Shown here: positions 1 through 8,890 of the stretch, in pieces
How the letters are laid out: every line of letters starts with the position of its first letter
Position numbering within the stretch: the first letter of the stretch is position 1
Source of the DNA: an uncultured Gammaproteobacteria bacterium
GTDB lineage: Bacteria > Patescibacteriota > Patescibacteriia > Patescibacteriales > UBA12465
Length of the DNA stretch: 64,000 bases
NCBI GenBank assembly: GCA_964539545.1
Contig: CAZIJG010000001.1
Coordinates: 11,083-75,082 of the forward strand
Direction of reading: 5' to 3'
Made by a program: the position numbers and the translations under genes
The notes under the pieces: generated by a model
Seen by the model: only the letters and a program-made list of their open reading frames with translations
What the model was told of the DNA's origin: nothing
Databases searched by the model: none

Positions 1-794
1 CAGAACAAGACATTGTTAATAATAAAAACGGAATTAAACCTAAAAAGATCGAAGGAAAAATTGAGTTTAAAAATGTAGATTTTTTCTATAGGGGAGCTAG
101 AAGTCCAGCTCTTAGTAATGTTAGCCTAAAGATTAACTCCGGTTGTATCACAGCCCTTGTGGGACCATCTGGAGGAGGTAAGACTACTATAGCTAAGTTA
201 GTATATCGTCATTATGACCCTAAAAAAGGACAAGTATTTTTAGATGATAAAGATATCCGCGATTATGATATACATAGTTTTAGGAAGTTCTTAGCAGTAG
301 TACCACAGGAAGTAGAAATATTTAACCTAAGTGTTAAAGAAAACATAGCTTACGCTCGTCCAGGTGCTGGCTTTGAAGAAATAGAAGCAGCGGCTAAAAT
401 TGCTAATGCTGAAGAATTCATTCAGAAATTAGAAAAAGGTTATGATACCTTAGTGGGCGAGAGAGGAATCAAGCTGTCTGGTGGACAAAGACAGCGAGTT
501 GGTATTGCTAGAGCTATTCTCGCTAATCCTCGTATTCTTATTTTTGATGAAGCTACTTCTAGTTTAGATAGTAAGAGCGAAAGATTAATACAGGATGCCA
601 TGGGAAAGATTAGCAAGAACAGAACTATTATTATGATTGCTCATCGTCTTAGTACTATTCAGAAAGCAGATAAGATAATTGTATTGGAAGAAGGTAAAGT
701 AGTAGAACAAGGTAGTCATGTAGAATTGGCTAGAATAAATGGAGGGCTCTATGCCTATCTCTTGAAGCTTCAAGCTATGGGGCACGTTGATTAA
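1..794 (+). CDS. ABC exporter, C-terminal ATP-binding domain (MsbA/ABCB-like); 5' end outside window
   Basis: Frame 3 is open from the window edge (..EGKIEFKNVDFFY..). Walker A GPSGGGKTT, signature LSGGQRQR, Walker B ILIFDEATSSLD, H-loop IAHRL. The GTG at 159 in the ORF track is internal. Confidence 0.9.
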   Translation, partial: EQDIVNNKNGIKPKKIEGKIEFKNVDFFYRGARSPALSNVSLKINSGCITALVGPSGGGKTTIAKLVYRHYDPKKGQVFLDDKDIRDYDIHSFRKFLAVVPQEVEIFNLSVKENIAYARPGAGFEEIEAAAKIANAEEFIQKLEKGYDTLVGERGIKLSGGQRQRVGIARAILANPRILIFDEATSSLDSKSERLIQDAMGKISKNRTIIMIAHRLSTIQKADKIIVLEEGKVVEQGSHVELARINGGLYAYLLKLQAMGHVD

Positions 795-820
795 TATTGT
801 TTTGAGTGAATATATAAAAA

Positions 821-847
821 TTACACCTTTATGGGTGTAGTTTTTTA
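821..847 (+). terminator. Intrinsic terminator after the ABC gene
   Basis: Stem tacacc/ggtgta (822-827/834-839), 6-nt loop, followed by T6 (841-846). Confidence 0.6.
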
Positions 848-964
848 TTATCTAATATCTTGTTATAATAGATTCAGACAATAAATACAATTTTGCCTAT
901 TCTCATAGTGCCTTTTAAAACGGTGCCTATGGGGTAAAAAATAAATTAATAATAAATAAATATT

Positions 965-1540
965 ATGAAAAGTTTACAAGGAACTAAAACTGAAAAAAAC
1001 CTACTTAAATCCTTTGCCGGAGAATCTCAGGCAAGAATGAGGTATGATTATTTTTCTAAACAAGCAAAGAAAGACGGTTTAGAACAAATTTCTGCTATTT
1101 TTGCAGAAACAGCTCTTAATGAAAAAGAGCATGCTAAAAGATTCTTTAGATTTTTGGAAGGAGGATCTCTTCAAATTTCTGCTACTTACCCAGCTGGAAA
1201 AATAGGCACTACCTTAGAAAATCTAAAATCTGCCGCTGAGGGTGAAAAAGAGGAGTGGACTGAATTATATCCAGAATTTGCTAAAATTGCCGAAGATGAG
1301 AGTTTTATGGACATTGCGGAGACTTTTAGAGCAATAGCTATGGCAGAAAAAGCTCACGAAACAAGATACAGAAAATTATATGACAATCTTGAAAAAGGGA
1401 AGGTTTTTGTAAGTAAAGAAAAGATAATTTGGAAATGTAGGAATTGTGGCTATTTACATGAAGGCGACAATGCCCCTGAAATATGTCCAGCTTGTTTACA
1501 TCCTCAAGCACATTTTCAGATTAAAGAGACCAATTATTAG
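965..1540 (+). CDS. rbr: Rubrerythrin
   Basis: Ferritin-like di-iron motifs EKEHAKRF and EKAHETRY. C-terminal rubredoxin-type CRNCG...CPAC. Confidence 0.9.
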   Translation: MKSLQGTKTEKNLLKSFAGESQARMRYDYFSKQAKKDGLEQISAIFAETALNEKEHAKRFFRFLEGGSLQISATYPAGKIGTTLENLKSAAEGEKEEWTELYPEFAKIAEDESFMDIAETFRAIAMAEKAHETRYRKLYDNLEKGKVFVSKEKIIWKCRNCGYLHEGDNAPEICPACLHPQAHFQIKETNY

Positions 1541-1637
1541 ATATATACTAAGGTTAGTCAAGAAACATCAAATTTATTTTTGGTGTTTTTTTGGTAGAAA
1601 TGATAGAATACAAATATAATAATTTTATCTAAAAAAT

Positions 1638-2687
1638 ATGAAAAAGAACATTATGAAATTTTCTGCATATTTATGTGCAGTAACAATGTTGGTTTCTGTT
1701 ATAGCGATGCCAAGTTATGTTTTGGCCGAAACGGTGCCAACTCTTATTTCAGTTGGTGAGACTGAATCTTTGAATGTTATAGAAACATTGGTAGAGAGTA
1801 TTACTCTTGATGAGGGAGAAGAACTAAATATCGATGACATCACAGATGAAGAACTATTAGAAGCTGAACCAAGTGAGCTACCGGAAGCAGTAGAAGATTT
1901 GGCATTAACAACACGGTTACAGGGGATGATGTTGCTTGATGTTGAAGGAAATGGAGAAGTATATTATATAGATCCAGTAACCGAAGGTAAGGAATATTTA
2001 GCTGATGGGGAAGCAGCTCAGCTATTGTTAAAAAGAAAAGCTCTCGGGATCAATGAAGAAAATTTTTCTAAATTGGTTATGGGTGAAAATAAAGATGAAC
2101 CAAGTGTTTGCGAAGAATCCGCTTTAGGCAAAAGATTAAGAGGGAGAATTGTTTTAAGGGTTGAAGAGAATGGCGAAGCCTATTGGATTTTACCTACAAA
2201 TTGTCGAGCATACTATGCTGGTACGTTTGAAGCTTCTTATGAATTAATGAAAAGATTTAGCTTAGGAATAGTTAAGAATGATTTAGCTAAAATTCCTGAT
2301 AATAAGAGACAAAAAATGAAAACTGCTTTGCGTCTTTCAGTGTATGCTCATGCCGATAACAATGATATGACTTTAGAAAATGCTAAAGATGATTTAAAAA
2401 AGGAGGTTAATACAATAAAAGTTTGTATGGAAGATTTTAGGGTATCTTATGATGGTGAAATGACCAGTGAAACAAACAAGACAAGAGTGGGCACCTGTGT
2501 ACAGAAATCAAACATGCCAAGAATTAGCGAGGATAGAGGAGATGAGATTAAAGAAATGATAAAAGAGACCAGAGAGGAAAGAAAAGAAAGTGCAAGTATA
2601 GGGCAAAGACAGGGATTAAGAGATATCAATATGAGGCAAATTGCTGAAAAAGTGAGGAAAATGATAGCCAATAGAGCAGGCCAATAA
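1638..2687 (+). CDS. Secreted hypothetical protein with two internal ~55-aa repeats
   Basis: Signal-peptide-like N-terminus, duplicated VE.NGE.Y.I.P module, charged C-terminal tail. Terminator follows. No family recognised. Confidence 0.6.
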   Translation: MKKNIMKFSAYLCAVTMLVSVIAMPSYVLAETVPTLISVGETESLNVIETLVESITLDEGEELNIDDITDEELLEAEPSELPEAVEDLALTTRLQGMMLLDVEGNGEVYYIDPVTEGKEYLADGEAAQLLLKRKALGINEENFSKLVMGENKDEPSVCEESALGKRLRGRIVLRVEENGEAYWILPTNCRAYYAGTFEASYELMKRFSLGIVKNDLAKIPDNKRQKMKTALRLSVYAHADNNDMTLENAKDDLKKEVNTIKVCMEDFRVSYDGEMTSETNKTRVGTCVQKSNMPRISEDRGDEIKEMIKETREERKESASIGQRQGLRDINMRQIAEKVRKMIANRAGQ

Positions 2688-2726
2688 TTTTTAGCAATAA
2701 ACAAAAATTAATAGAATAGTGACAAA

Positions 2727-2762
2727 AAGAGACTAAGTAATGAGCTTAATCTCTTTTTTTTG
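2727..2762 (+). terminator. Intrinsic terminator
   Basis: Stem agaga(c)taag/ctta(a)tctct with one mismatch, 7-nt loop, T8 run. Confidence 0.7.
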
Positions 2763-2831
2763 TATATTATTTTATTTAACAGTATTAAAATGATATAATA
2801 TCATTATATAAGATTATATAAATAAAAAAAT

Positions 2832-3200
2832 ATGAAAAAGTTTTTAAAAGTTCTGTTAATTGTGTTTATTACTATTGTGGTTATTATTTTGGCTAGTTTT
2901 GCCTACATAATGATTAAAAATCCATTAGGAATAGGCACGTTAATAAAGTCTTCTATAATTCAAAGGGAGGTAGAGGTTAATATGTCTGATTATGAAGATT
3001 ATGACCATCCTTTGTTAACAAAAGAACAAGAGGAAAGAGTTATTAAATCAGGTATTGATATAGAGGCAATACCAACAGAAATAACACCAGAACAACAACA
3101 ATGTGGAGTAGATAAATTAGGAGAAGATAGAATATTGGAGATAATAAATGGGGCTGATCCATCTCCAATTGAAATATTAAAAATTCTTCCTTGTCTATAA
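2832..3200 (+). CDS. Small membrane-anchored hypothetical protein
   Basis: N-terminal TM helix (LLIVFITIVVIILASFAYIMI) and an acidic C-terminal part. No family recognised. Confidence 0.5.
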   Translation: MKKFLKVLLIVFITIVVIILASFAYIMIKNPLGIGTLIKSSIIQREVEVNMSDYEDYDHPLLTKEQEERVIKSGIDIEAIPTEITPEQQQCGVDKLGEDRILEIINGADPSPIEILKILPCL

Positions 3201-3221
3201 TGAAAAATTGATTAAAATCAT

Positions 3222-4133
3222 ATGAATAAAATTAAAAAATTAGCAATTAGTTCAGGACTAGTTAAGGATCCTGAAGTATCTTTTTTTGCAGAAGGCTATG
3301 GTAATTATGTTTATCTAATTCAAGAAAATGATCAAAAGCTTGTTCTAAGGATAAAAAAGAGTAATGAAAAACAATTTATTGATTCTTTAGAGAAAGAATA
3401 TGCTTTCTTAAGATATTTTGAGTCAAAAGGTATAACTTTTTGTCCTAGAGCTCTTTTTTATAATAAAAAAGATAATTTTTTGATTGAAAATTTTATTGAG
3501 GGCGAAAAAATTTCTCAAAACGATCTCTCAAACGAACAGATTGATCTATTTGCTAAGCAATTATATGATTTGTTTCAATTGAGCTCTGTAGAGTTTTTTG
3601 ATTTCTGTAAGAATCATAAACTAAAAAAGTTTGAATATAGTAGCCCAATTGATTCTTTAAAGACATATGGCTTTAAACGTTTTAACGAAGCTGATAAAAA
3701 ACAGATTCCTGAAGATGTAATAGTTTGGGTTCAAGATAAATTAAATAAAAACTTAGAGTCTCTGAATAAACGAAGCTCTAGAGATGGTCATATAGGATTT
3801 GCCTGGGGGGATGTTCAGTCAGAAATGATTATTGATGATTCAGGTGGTATTAATTTTTATGATTTTGAACATGCCAGAATTTCTCAATCTTCTGACCTAT
3901 CCTATATAAAAATTCATGGAATATTTAGCGATTCTCAATTTGATTACTTAATTGATAGATATTCACACTATTCTAAAAAAAGTAAGAAAGTTCTTCTGAA
4001 GGAAATAAACACTACAGAAAAAATAATAAGAGTAAATGATGTTGTTTGGGCGGTTAGAAAGTGGGCCGATACCCAGGAAGAAGAATTCAAGAAAATGACC
4101 TATGAAAGAATTAAGTCAGTAGAGAAATTATAA
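3222..4133 (+). CDS. Kinase-fold phosphotransferase family protein (APH/choline-kinase-like), atypical catalytic loop
   Basis: Length and layout match the APH/ChoK fold. A DFE-type motif is present (FYDFEHA). The Brenner-type H.D....N loop reads AWGDVQSEM. Confidence 0.55.
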   Translation: MNKIKKLAISSGLVKDPEVSFFAEGYGNYVYLIQENDQKLVLRIKKSNEKQFIDSLEKEYAFLRYFESKGITFCPRALFYNKKDNFLIENFIEGEKISQNDLSNEQIDLFAKQLYDLFQLSSVEFFDFCKNHKLKKFEYSSPIDSLKTYGFKRFNEADKKQIPEDVIVWVQDKLNKNLESLNKRSSRDGHIGFAWGDVQSEMIIDDSGGINFYDFEHARISQSSDLSYIKIHGIFSDSQFDYLIDRYSHYSKKSKKVLLKEINTTEKIIRVNDVVWAVRKWADTQEEEFKKMTYERIKSVEKL

Positions 4134-4169
4134 TTAATTATATATACTTTTTATTAAATTAGAATATTT

Positions 4170-4910
4170 ATGAAAAAGATAAAAAAGTTTTTTATTAAAG
4201 CTTATTTTGATTTTAAATCAACTGAGTTTATTGTGGTAAATGATATTTTGGCATTTTTGACCATTATTTCGATCATCGCCATAGTTTTAGAAACAGTCTC
4301 AAGCTTATCAAGCTATCAAAACCTTTTTGATTTTATTGAATATTTTACTGCCGCTACTTTTGCCTTAGAATATATTTCTAGAATAGTCGTAGCAGAAAAA
4401 AAGCTAGCTTATATTTTTAGTTTTTTCGGAATAATAGATATTTTGGCCATAATACCTACCTTTATATTTATGACGAATCTTACCTATTTAAAGTCAGTCA
4501 GGGTATTAAGAATTATTAGATTTTTGAGAATGATGAGGTTAGCGAAGTTAGTCCGTACTAATAAAAGTAAAAATCAGGATTTAGAGGCATATAATTCAAT
4601 CTATCGAATCAATTTACAAATTTATTTCATGGTTCTATTCTTGGCTATAATTGTTTTTGGTAGTTTAGTCTATGTGATTGAGGGAGGTAATTCAGTTTTC
4701 CCTAGTATTCCGATCGGTATGCTTTGGGCCGCAAAAGTTATAATGGGAGGTATACCCTCTGTTGTGCCCGGAACGATTTGGGGAGAAATATTGTCTGTTC
4801 TGGCAAGATTTACAGGGCTTATCTTGTTTGGTCTACTTATTAACGTTGTTGGTGTTTTTATCAAGAAAATGTTGTTTGGTAGTGAAAATATAACAGAAAA
4901 TTCTAAATAA
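4170..4910 (+). CDS. 6-TM voltage-sensor ion channel family protein (Ion_trans-like)
   Basis: S4 with Arg at every third position (RVLRIIRFLRMMRLAKLVR). Pore region is SIPIGMLWAAKVIMGGIPSVVPGT, lacking TVGYG. Six hydrophobic segments. Confidence 0.7.
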   Translation: MKKIKKFFIKAYFDFKSTEFIVVNDILAFLTIISIIAIVLETVSSLSSYQNLFDFIEYFTAATFALEYISRIVVAEKKLAYIFSFFGIIDILAIIPTFIFMTNLTYLKSVRVLRIIRFLRMMRLAKLVRTNKSKNQDLEAYNSIYRINLQIYFMVLFLAIIVFGSLVYVIEGGNSVFPSIPIGMLWAAKVIMGGIPSVVPGTIWGEILSVLARFTGLILFGLLINVVGVFIKKMLFGSENITENSK

Positions 4911-4961
4911 ATTATATTATATCTTTTTGAGAAGAAAGATCGAATTTTACGTGATACAGTT

Positions 4962-5669
4962 ATGGGAGATCCCCGGGCTATATTTGGTGGATTGGTAATT
5001 ACTAATTTTGAAATTCAGGAAGAAGAAGCAGAAATTCTGATGACTTATGGAGTAAAAAAAGGACATCGTATTTTAGACGGAATTATTGCGCCAGCTTACA
5101 GTGAAGCAGCCTTTGGCATTCTGAAAAAACGGGTTAAGTGTCGTTTAGTTGTAAATACAGCATTAGCAACTGATTATATAACTAAAATTGATGATCAAAC
5201 TCGTTTTCGCTATGGCAGAGGAACAATTCTTGTTCAGTCAAATTACAACTTTGTACTTGATTTCAATGAATTGACATTACATAATAGAACTTTAAGTGAT
5301 GGAGATAAATCCAATTTATTGCTTGCCTGGGCAATTGGCTGTACTTCTAACAGTAATACAGTAACCCTGGTGAAAAATAATTATTTAATCGGAAACGGAA
5401 CTGGTCAACAAGACCGAGTAGGCTGTTGTGAACTCGCTGTTAAAAGGGCGCGTGATGCAAAGCATGATATTAACGATGCAGTTGCATACAGTGATAGTTT
5501 TTTTCCATTTGAAGATGGTCCGGAAGTTTTAATGGTGGCTGGAATTAATGTAATTCTTTCGTCCTCGGGATCCATACGAGATAAAAAAATTATAAGTTTC
5601 TGTAAAAATTCTGGTGTGAATTTATGCATGATTCCTGACCATATTAGTCGAGGATTCTTTGGACATTAA
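4962..5669 (+). CDS. Stand-alone PurH C-terminal (AICARFT-domain) like protein, truncated relative to PurH
   Basis: Collinear PurH motifs: DPRAIFGG, GNGTGQQDRV, SDSFFPFEDG, SSSGSIRD and a C-terminal RGFFGH. An in-frame stop at 4908-4910 bars N-terminal extension. Confidence 0.75.
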   Translation: MGDPRAIFGGLVITNFEIQEEEAEILMTYGVKKGHRILDGIIAPAYSEAAFGILKKRVKCRLVVNTALATDYITKIDDQTRFRYGRGTILVQSNYNFVLDFNELTLHNRTLSDGDKSNLLLAWAIGCTSNSNTVTLVKNNYLIGNGTGQQDRVGCCELAVKRARDAKHDINDAVAYSDSFFPFEDGPEVLMVAGINVILSSSGSIRDKKIISFCKNSGVNLCMIPDHISRGFFGH

Positions 5670-5689
5670 TTCAAAAACCAATTAGATTA

Positions 5690-5720
5690 AAAACCCGTTG
5701 TATAGCGGGTTTTATTTTAT
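5690..5720 (+). terminator. Intrinsic terminator
   Basis: aaacccgtt/agcgggttt stem with a 4-nt loop, followed by ttttatttt. Confidence 0.7.
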
Positions 5721-5802
5721 TCTTCACACCATTGACAAACTAATAAATGTATGACATTATAATATAATTGTTATTTTGAAATAAAAATAAAAACCTGTTG
5801 CT

Positions 5803-6006
5803 ATGAGTTATATAGATCACATGATAGACATCAAGAAGAAAGCAAAAGAGATTATAGATGCTGCTTCCTCGACAGAAGAGGCTGAGCAAAAACTTAAAGA
5901 AATAAGTATCACAGCTCCTAGTGTCGTTTTTACCAAGGTTGATGGTTCCGATGAGGTAATAAAAACTGGCATGGCTAGTTATTTCGGAAATGCCTTTGTA
6001 TTTTAG
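5803..6006 (+). CDS. Small hypothetical protein (67 aa)
   Basis: Stand-alone ORF bracketed by two hairpin terminators. No family recognised. Confidence 0.4.
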   Translation: MSYIDHMIDIKKKAKEIIDAASSTEEAEQKLKEISITAPSVVFTKVDGSDEVIKTGMASYFGNAFVF

Positions 6007-6008
6007 AT

Positions 6009-6041
6009 ATCGCTGTCAATTGATGGCGATTTTTTTATTTT
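6009..6041 (+). terminator. Intrinsic terminator
   Basis: atcgc/gcgat stem followed by a T7 run. Confidence 0.6.
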
Positions 6042-6110
6042 TAAAAACATTATTAACAATTGAAGGTAGTAAAGATCAATTTCTGATATAATACTAATAT
6101 AAAAATAGCT

Positions 6111-7355
6111 ATGATTTACGACGCAGTAGTAATTGGAGGTGGACCGGCTGGTATAATGGCGGCTGGTAGAGCAAGCGAGCGAGGAGCTCGTGTTCTTTTG
6201 CTTGAAAAGAATAATAAACTAGGTTTAAAACTTTTAGCAACCGGTCATGGTCGATGTAATGTAACAAATACTTCAGCGGATGATAAACAAAAAATAAGTA
6301 TCTACGGTCCTAACTCTAAATTTCTATTCTCAGCTTTCAATAAATTTAGCGTAAATAATGTTTTAAATTTCTTTAATAAATTGGGCGTATCTACAAAAAT
6401 TGAGAATCATGGCCGGGTTTTTCCAGAAAGTGATCAGGCAACGGATATACAACTAGCTCTTATTAAATATTTAGAAAAAGACGATGTTGAAATCAGATAT
6501 AATGCAGAGGTCAAAAAGGTTGTAGGTGTTAACGATAAAATAGATAAAGTTGTATTAATGAATGGTGAAGAAATTTTAAGTAAGAATTTTATTATTGCCT
6601 CTGGAGGAAAGTCATATCCAGACACTGGCTCAACCGGTGATGGCTATACTTGGTTAGCTAACCTTAATCATAGTATTAATACACCAAGACCGGCTTTAAC
6701 CCCGGTAGTGGTGAAAGAAAAGATAGTGGAGCAATTGGAAGGGTTAAGTTTCAAAGATATTGGATTAAATATCTATCAAAACAAAAAAAAGCTTATTAAT
6801 CGTTCAGGAGACATAATATTTACAGCAGATGGGATTAGTGGACCAGCAATTATTGATTTAAGTAGCAAATTGGGTACACTTTTGCCAGGTTTAACTGTCA
6901 TAAAAATAGATTTTTACCCAGAAACTACAAAAAATGAGTTGAAAGAGAAAATGCAACATGATTTTCATCACAGTAATAATAAAATGATAAAGAATTACTT
7001 ATCCGTGTTAACCTCGCCTAGATTAGTATCTGTTATTTTAGAGTTAACTAATATTAATGAAAAGAAACCAGTAAGTACAGTAACAAAGAAAGAGCGCCAA
7101 GGGCTAGTCGATATGTTAAAAGAATTTACCTTGGAAGTTAAAGAATTAAAAGATTTTAACAGAGCCATGATTACAGCCGGGGGACTAGATATAAAAGAAG
7201 TCGATTCAAAGACAATGCGATCAAAACTATATTCAAACCTACTTTTAGCTGGAGAAGTGTTGGATTTAGATGGACCTAGTGGTGGTTATAATCTGCAAAT
7301 TTGCTGGAGCACTGGTTATTTAGCGGGAGATAGTATTGATATAGATAATGGTTGA
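6111..7355 (+). CDS. NAD(P)/FAD-dependent oxidoreductase, HI0933/YhiN/BaiN family
   Basis: N-terminal VVIGGGPAGIMAA dinucleotide fold. Family-typical GGKSYPDTGSTGDGY. Confidence 0.85.
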   Translation: MIYDAVVIGGGPAGIMAAGRASERGARVLLLEKNNKLGLKLLATGHGRCNVTNTSADDKQKISIYGPNSKFLFSAFNKFSVNNVLNFFNKLGVSTKIENHGRVFPESDQATDIQLALIKYLEKDDVEIRYNAEVKKVVGVNDKIDKVVLMNGEEILSKNFIIASGGKSYPDTGSTGDGYTWLANLNHSINTPRPALTPVVVKEKIVEQLEGLSFKDIGLNIYQNKKKLINRSGDIIFTADGISGPAIIDLSSKLGTLLPGLTVIKIDFYPETTKNELKEKMQHDFHHSNNKMIKNYLSVLTSPRLVSVILELTNINEKKPVSTVTKKERQGLVDMLKEFTLEVKELKDFNRAMITAGGLDIKEVDSKTMRSKLYSNLLLAGEVLDLDGPSGGYNLQICWSTGYLAGDSIDIDNG

Positions 7356-7436
7356 CTTTTGTAGTTATTAATTGTACTATGGGCTAGTAATAAACTAGTT
7401 TAGCAACTCAAGAAATTTGAGTTGTTTATTATAATT

Positions 7437-8888
7437 ATGACAAACGAAGTAATATTAAGATTTGAAAATGTAGTTTTTGAATATTTACATAACAAGCCTC
7501 TTTTGAATGAGGCTAATTTTAGTATAAGAACTGGCGCTAAGATGACATTGATGGGACAGAATGGAGCTGGTAAAAGCACTTTATTTAGTTTAATAAAAGG
7601 TGAAAAAAAGGTAAAAGAAGGTAGAATTTCTATTACCAATAGAGCTAGTATTGCCACTGCTCAGCAAATAGTTAATCGAAGTGATTTTGATAAAACAGTA
7701 GAAGAGTATTTTGCTTCATCTTTTGAAATTGTACCAAAAAACTTAAAAAGTGAGATTTCTAAAGTAATGGATGCAGTTAACCTGGTAGTACCAACAGATA
7801 GAATAGTTGGAGAATTATCTGGTGGTCAGCAAGCACGATTACTTTTATCTAATGCTTTGATTCAAAAACCTGATATTCTACTTCTAGATGAGCCAACTAA
7901 TAATCTGGATAAGGCTGGGATTGATCATTTAATACAATTTTTAGTAATGTATGAGAAAACTGTAATTGTCATTTCTCATGATGCTGACTTTTTAAATTGT
8001 TTTACAGAGGGAGTTCTTTATCTGGATGTCTTCACAAAACAAATTGAAGCTTATGTAGGTGATTATTATTCAGTAGTTGCGGAAATTGAATCTCGAGTTG
8101 AAAGAGAACGGAAAAAAAATGCTCAATTAGAAAAATTAATTAAAGATCGAAAAGAGAAAGTTAATTTTTTTGCTCATAAAGGTGGAAAAATGAGAAAATT
8201 AGCTAAAAAAATGAGTGAACAAACTACTGAACTTGAAGAAAATAAAGTTGAGGTTAGAAGGGAAGACAGAACTATTAGAGATTTTACAATTCCGGCTCAG
8301 AACATAACTGGAAACATTGTTACAATTAATCAAGTAAAAGTAATTCAAAATCATGAGCCAGTTCTAAAAAATATTGATAAAGTTTTGAAAAAAGGTTCTC
8401 GTTTATTAATCTCTGGACCTAACGGTATTGGTAAGAGCACTTTGTTACGAGTATTAGTAGATAATCAAACAGAGGGGGCAAAAATCATGAATGGAGTTAA
8501 AGTGGGATACTATAGTCAAGATTTTGCTACTCTCGATTATGATCAAACAGTTTTTGACTCACTAGAAAGTATTCTAGCCGATGGCATTGATACTCAAGAA
8601 ATGCGTGCTGTAGCGGCTGGATTTTTAATAACCGGAGATTTACTAGGTAATAAAGTAGCTCAGCTATCAGAAGGCCAAAAAGGTCTATTATCATTTGCTC
8701 GGTTAGTTTTGATGCGACCGGGACTATTAGTACTTGATGAGCCAACAAATCACATAAACTTTCGTCATATACCTGTTATTACCAAGGCTATCAATGAATA
8801 TGAGGGAGCAATGATTTTAATTAGCCATATGTCTGAGTTCGTGGAAGAGATTATAGTTGATAATTACTTAGATTTAGGTAAACTATAA
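7437..8888 (+). CDS. ABC-F family ATPase (two NBDs, no TMD)
   Basis: NBD1: GQNGAGKST / LSGGQQARL / LLLDEPTNNLD. NBD2: GPNGIGKST / LSEGQKGLL / LVLDEPTNHI. Charged linker between them. ATG 7437 is preferred to TTG 7422. Confidence 0.85.
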   Translation: MTNEVILRFENVVFEYLHNKPLLNEANFSIRTGAKMTLMGQNGAGKSTLFSLIKGEKKVKEGRISITNRASIATAQQIVNRSDFDKTVEEYFASSFEIVPKNLKSEISKVMDAVNLVVPTDRIVGELSGGQQARLLLSNALIQKPDILLLDEPTNNLDKAGIDHLIQFLVMYEKTVIVISHDADFLNCFTEGVLYLDVFTKQIEAYVGDYYSVVAEIESRVERERKKNAQLEKLIKDRKEKVNFFAHKGGKMRKLAKKMSEQTTELEENKVEVRREDRTIRDFTIPAQNITGNIVTINQVKVIQNHEPVLKNIDKVLKKGSRLLISGPNGIGKSTLLRVLVDNQTEGAKIMNGVKVGYYSQDFATLDYDQTVFDSLESILADGIDTQEMRAVAAGFLITGDLLGNKVAQLSEGQKGLLSFARLVLMRPGLLVLDEPTNHINFRHIPVITKAINEYEGAMILISHMSEFVEEIIVDNYLDLGKL

Positions 8889-8890
8889 GT

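Noticed and set aside
904-931. The imperfect dyad CATAGTGCC-N9-GGTGCCTATG upstream of rubrerythrin as a PerR/Fur operator.
   Set aside because: It does not resemble the TTATAAT-N-ATTATAA type PerR/Fur box, and the arms need a bulge to pair. It may just be a 5'-UTR hairpin, and the evidence is too weak to call.
7422-7436. Alternative upstream non-ATG starts given by the ORF track: TTG 7422 for ABC-F, TTG 42701 for pyrG, GTG 159 for the ABC NBD and TTG 63905 for gltX.
   Set aside because: In-frame ATGs at 7437 and 42722 give N-termini that match the families. The codons at 159 and 63905 are internal to genes that continue to the window edges.
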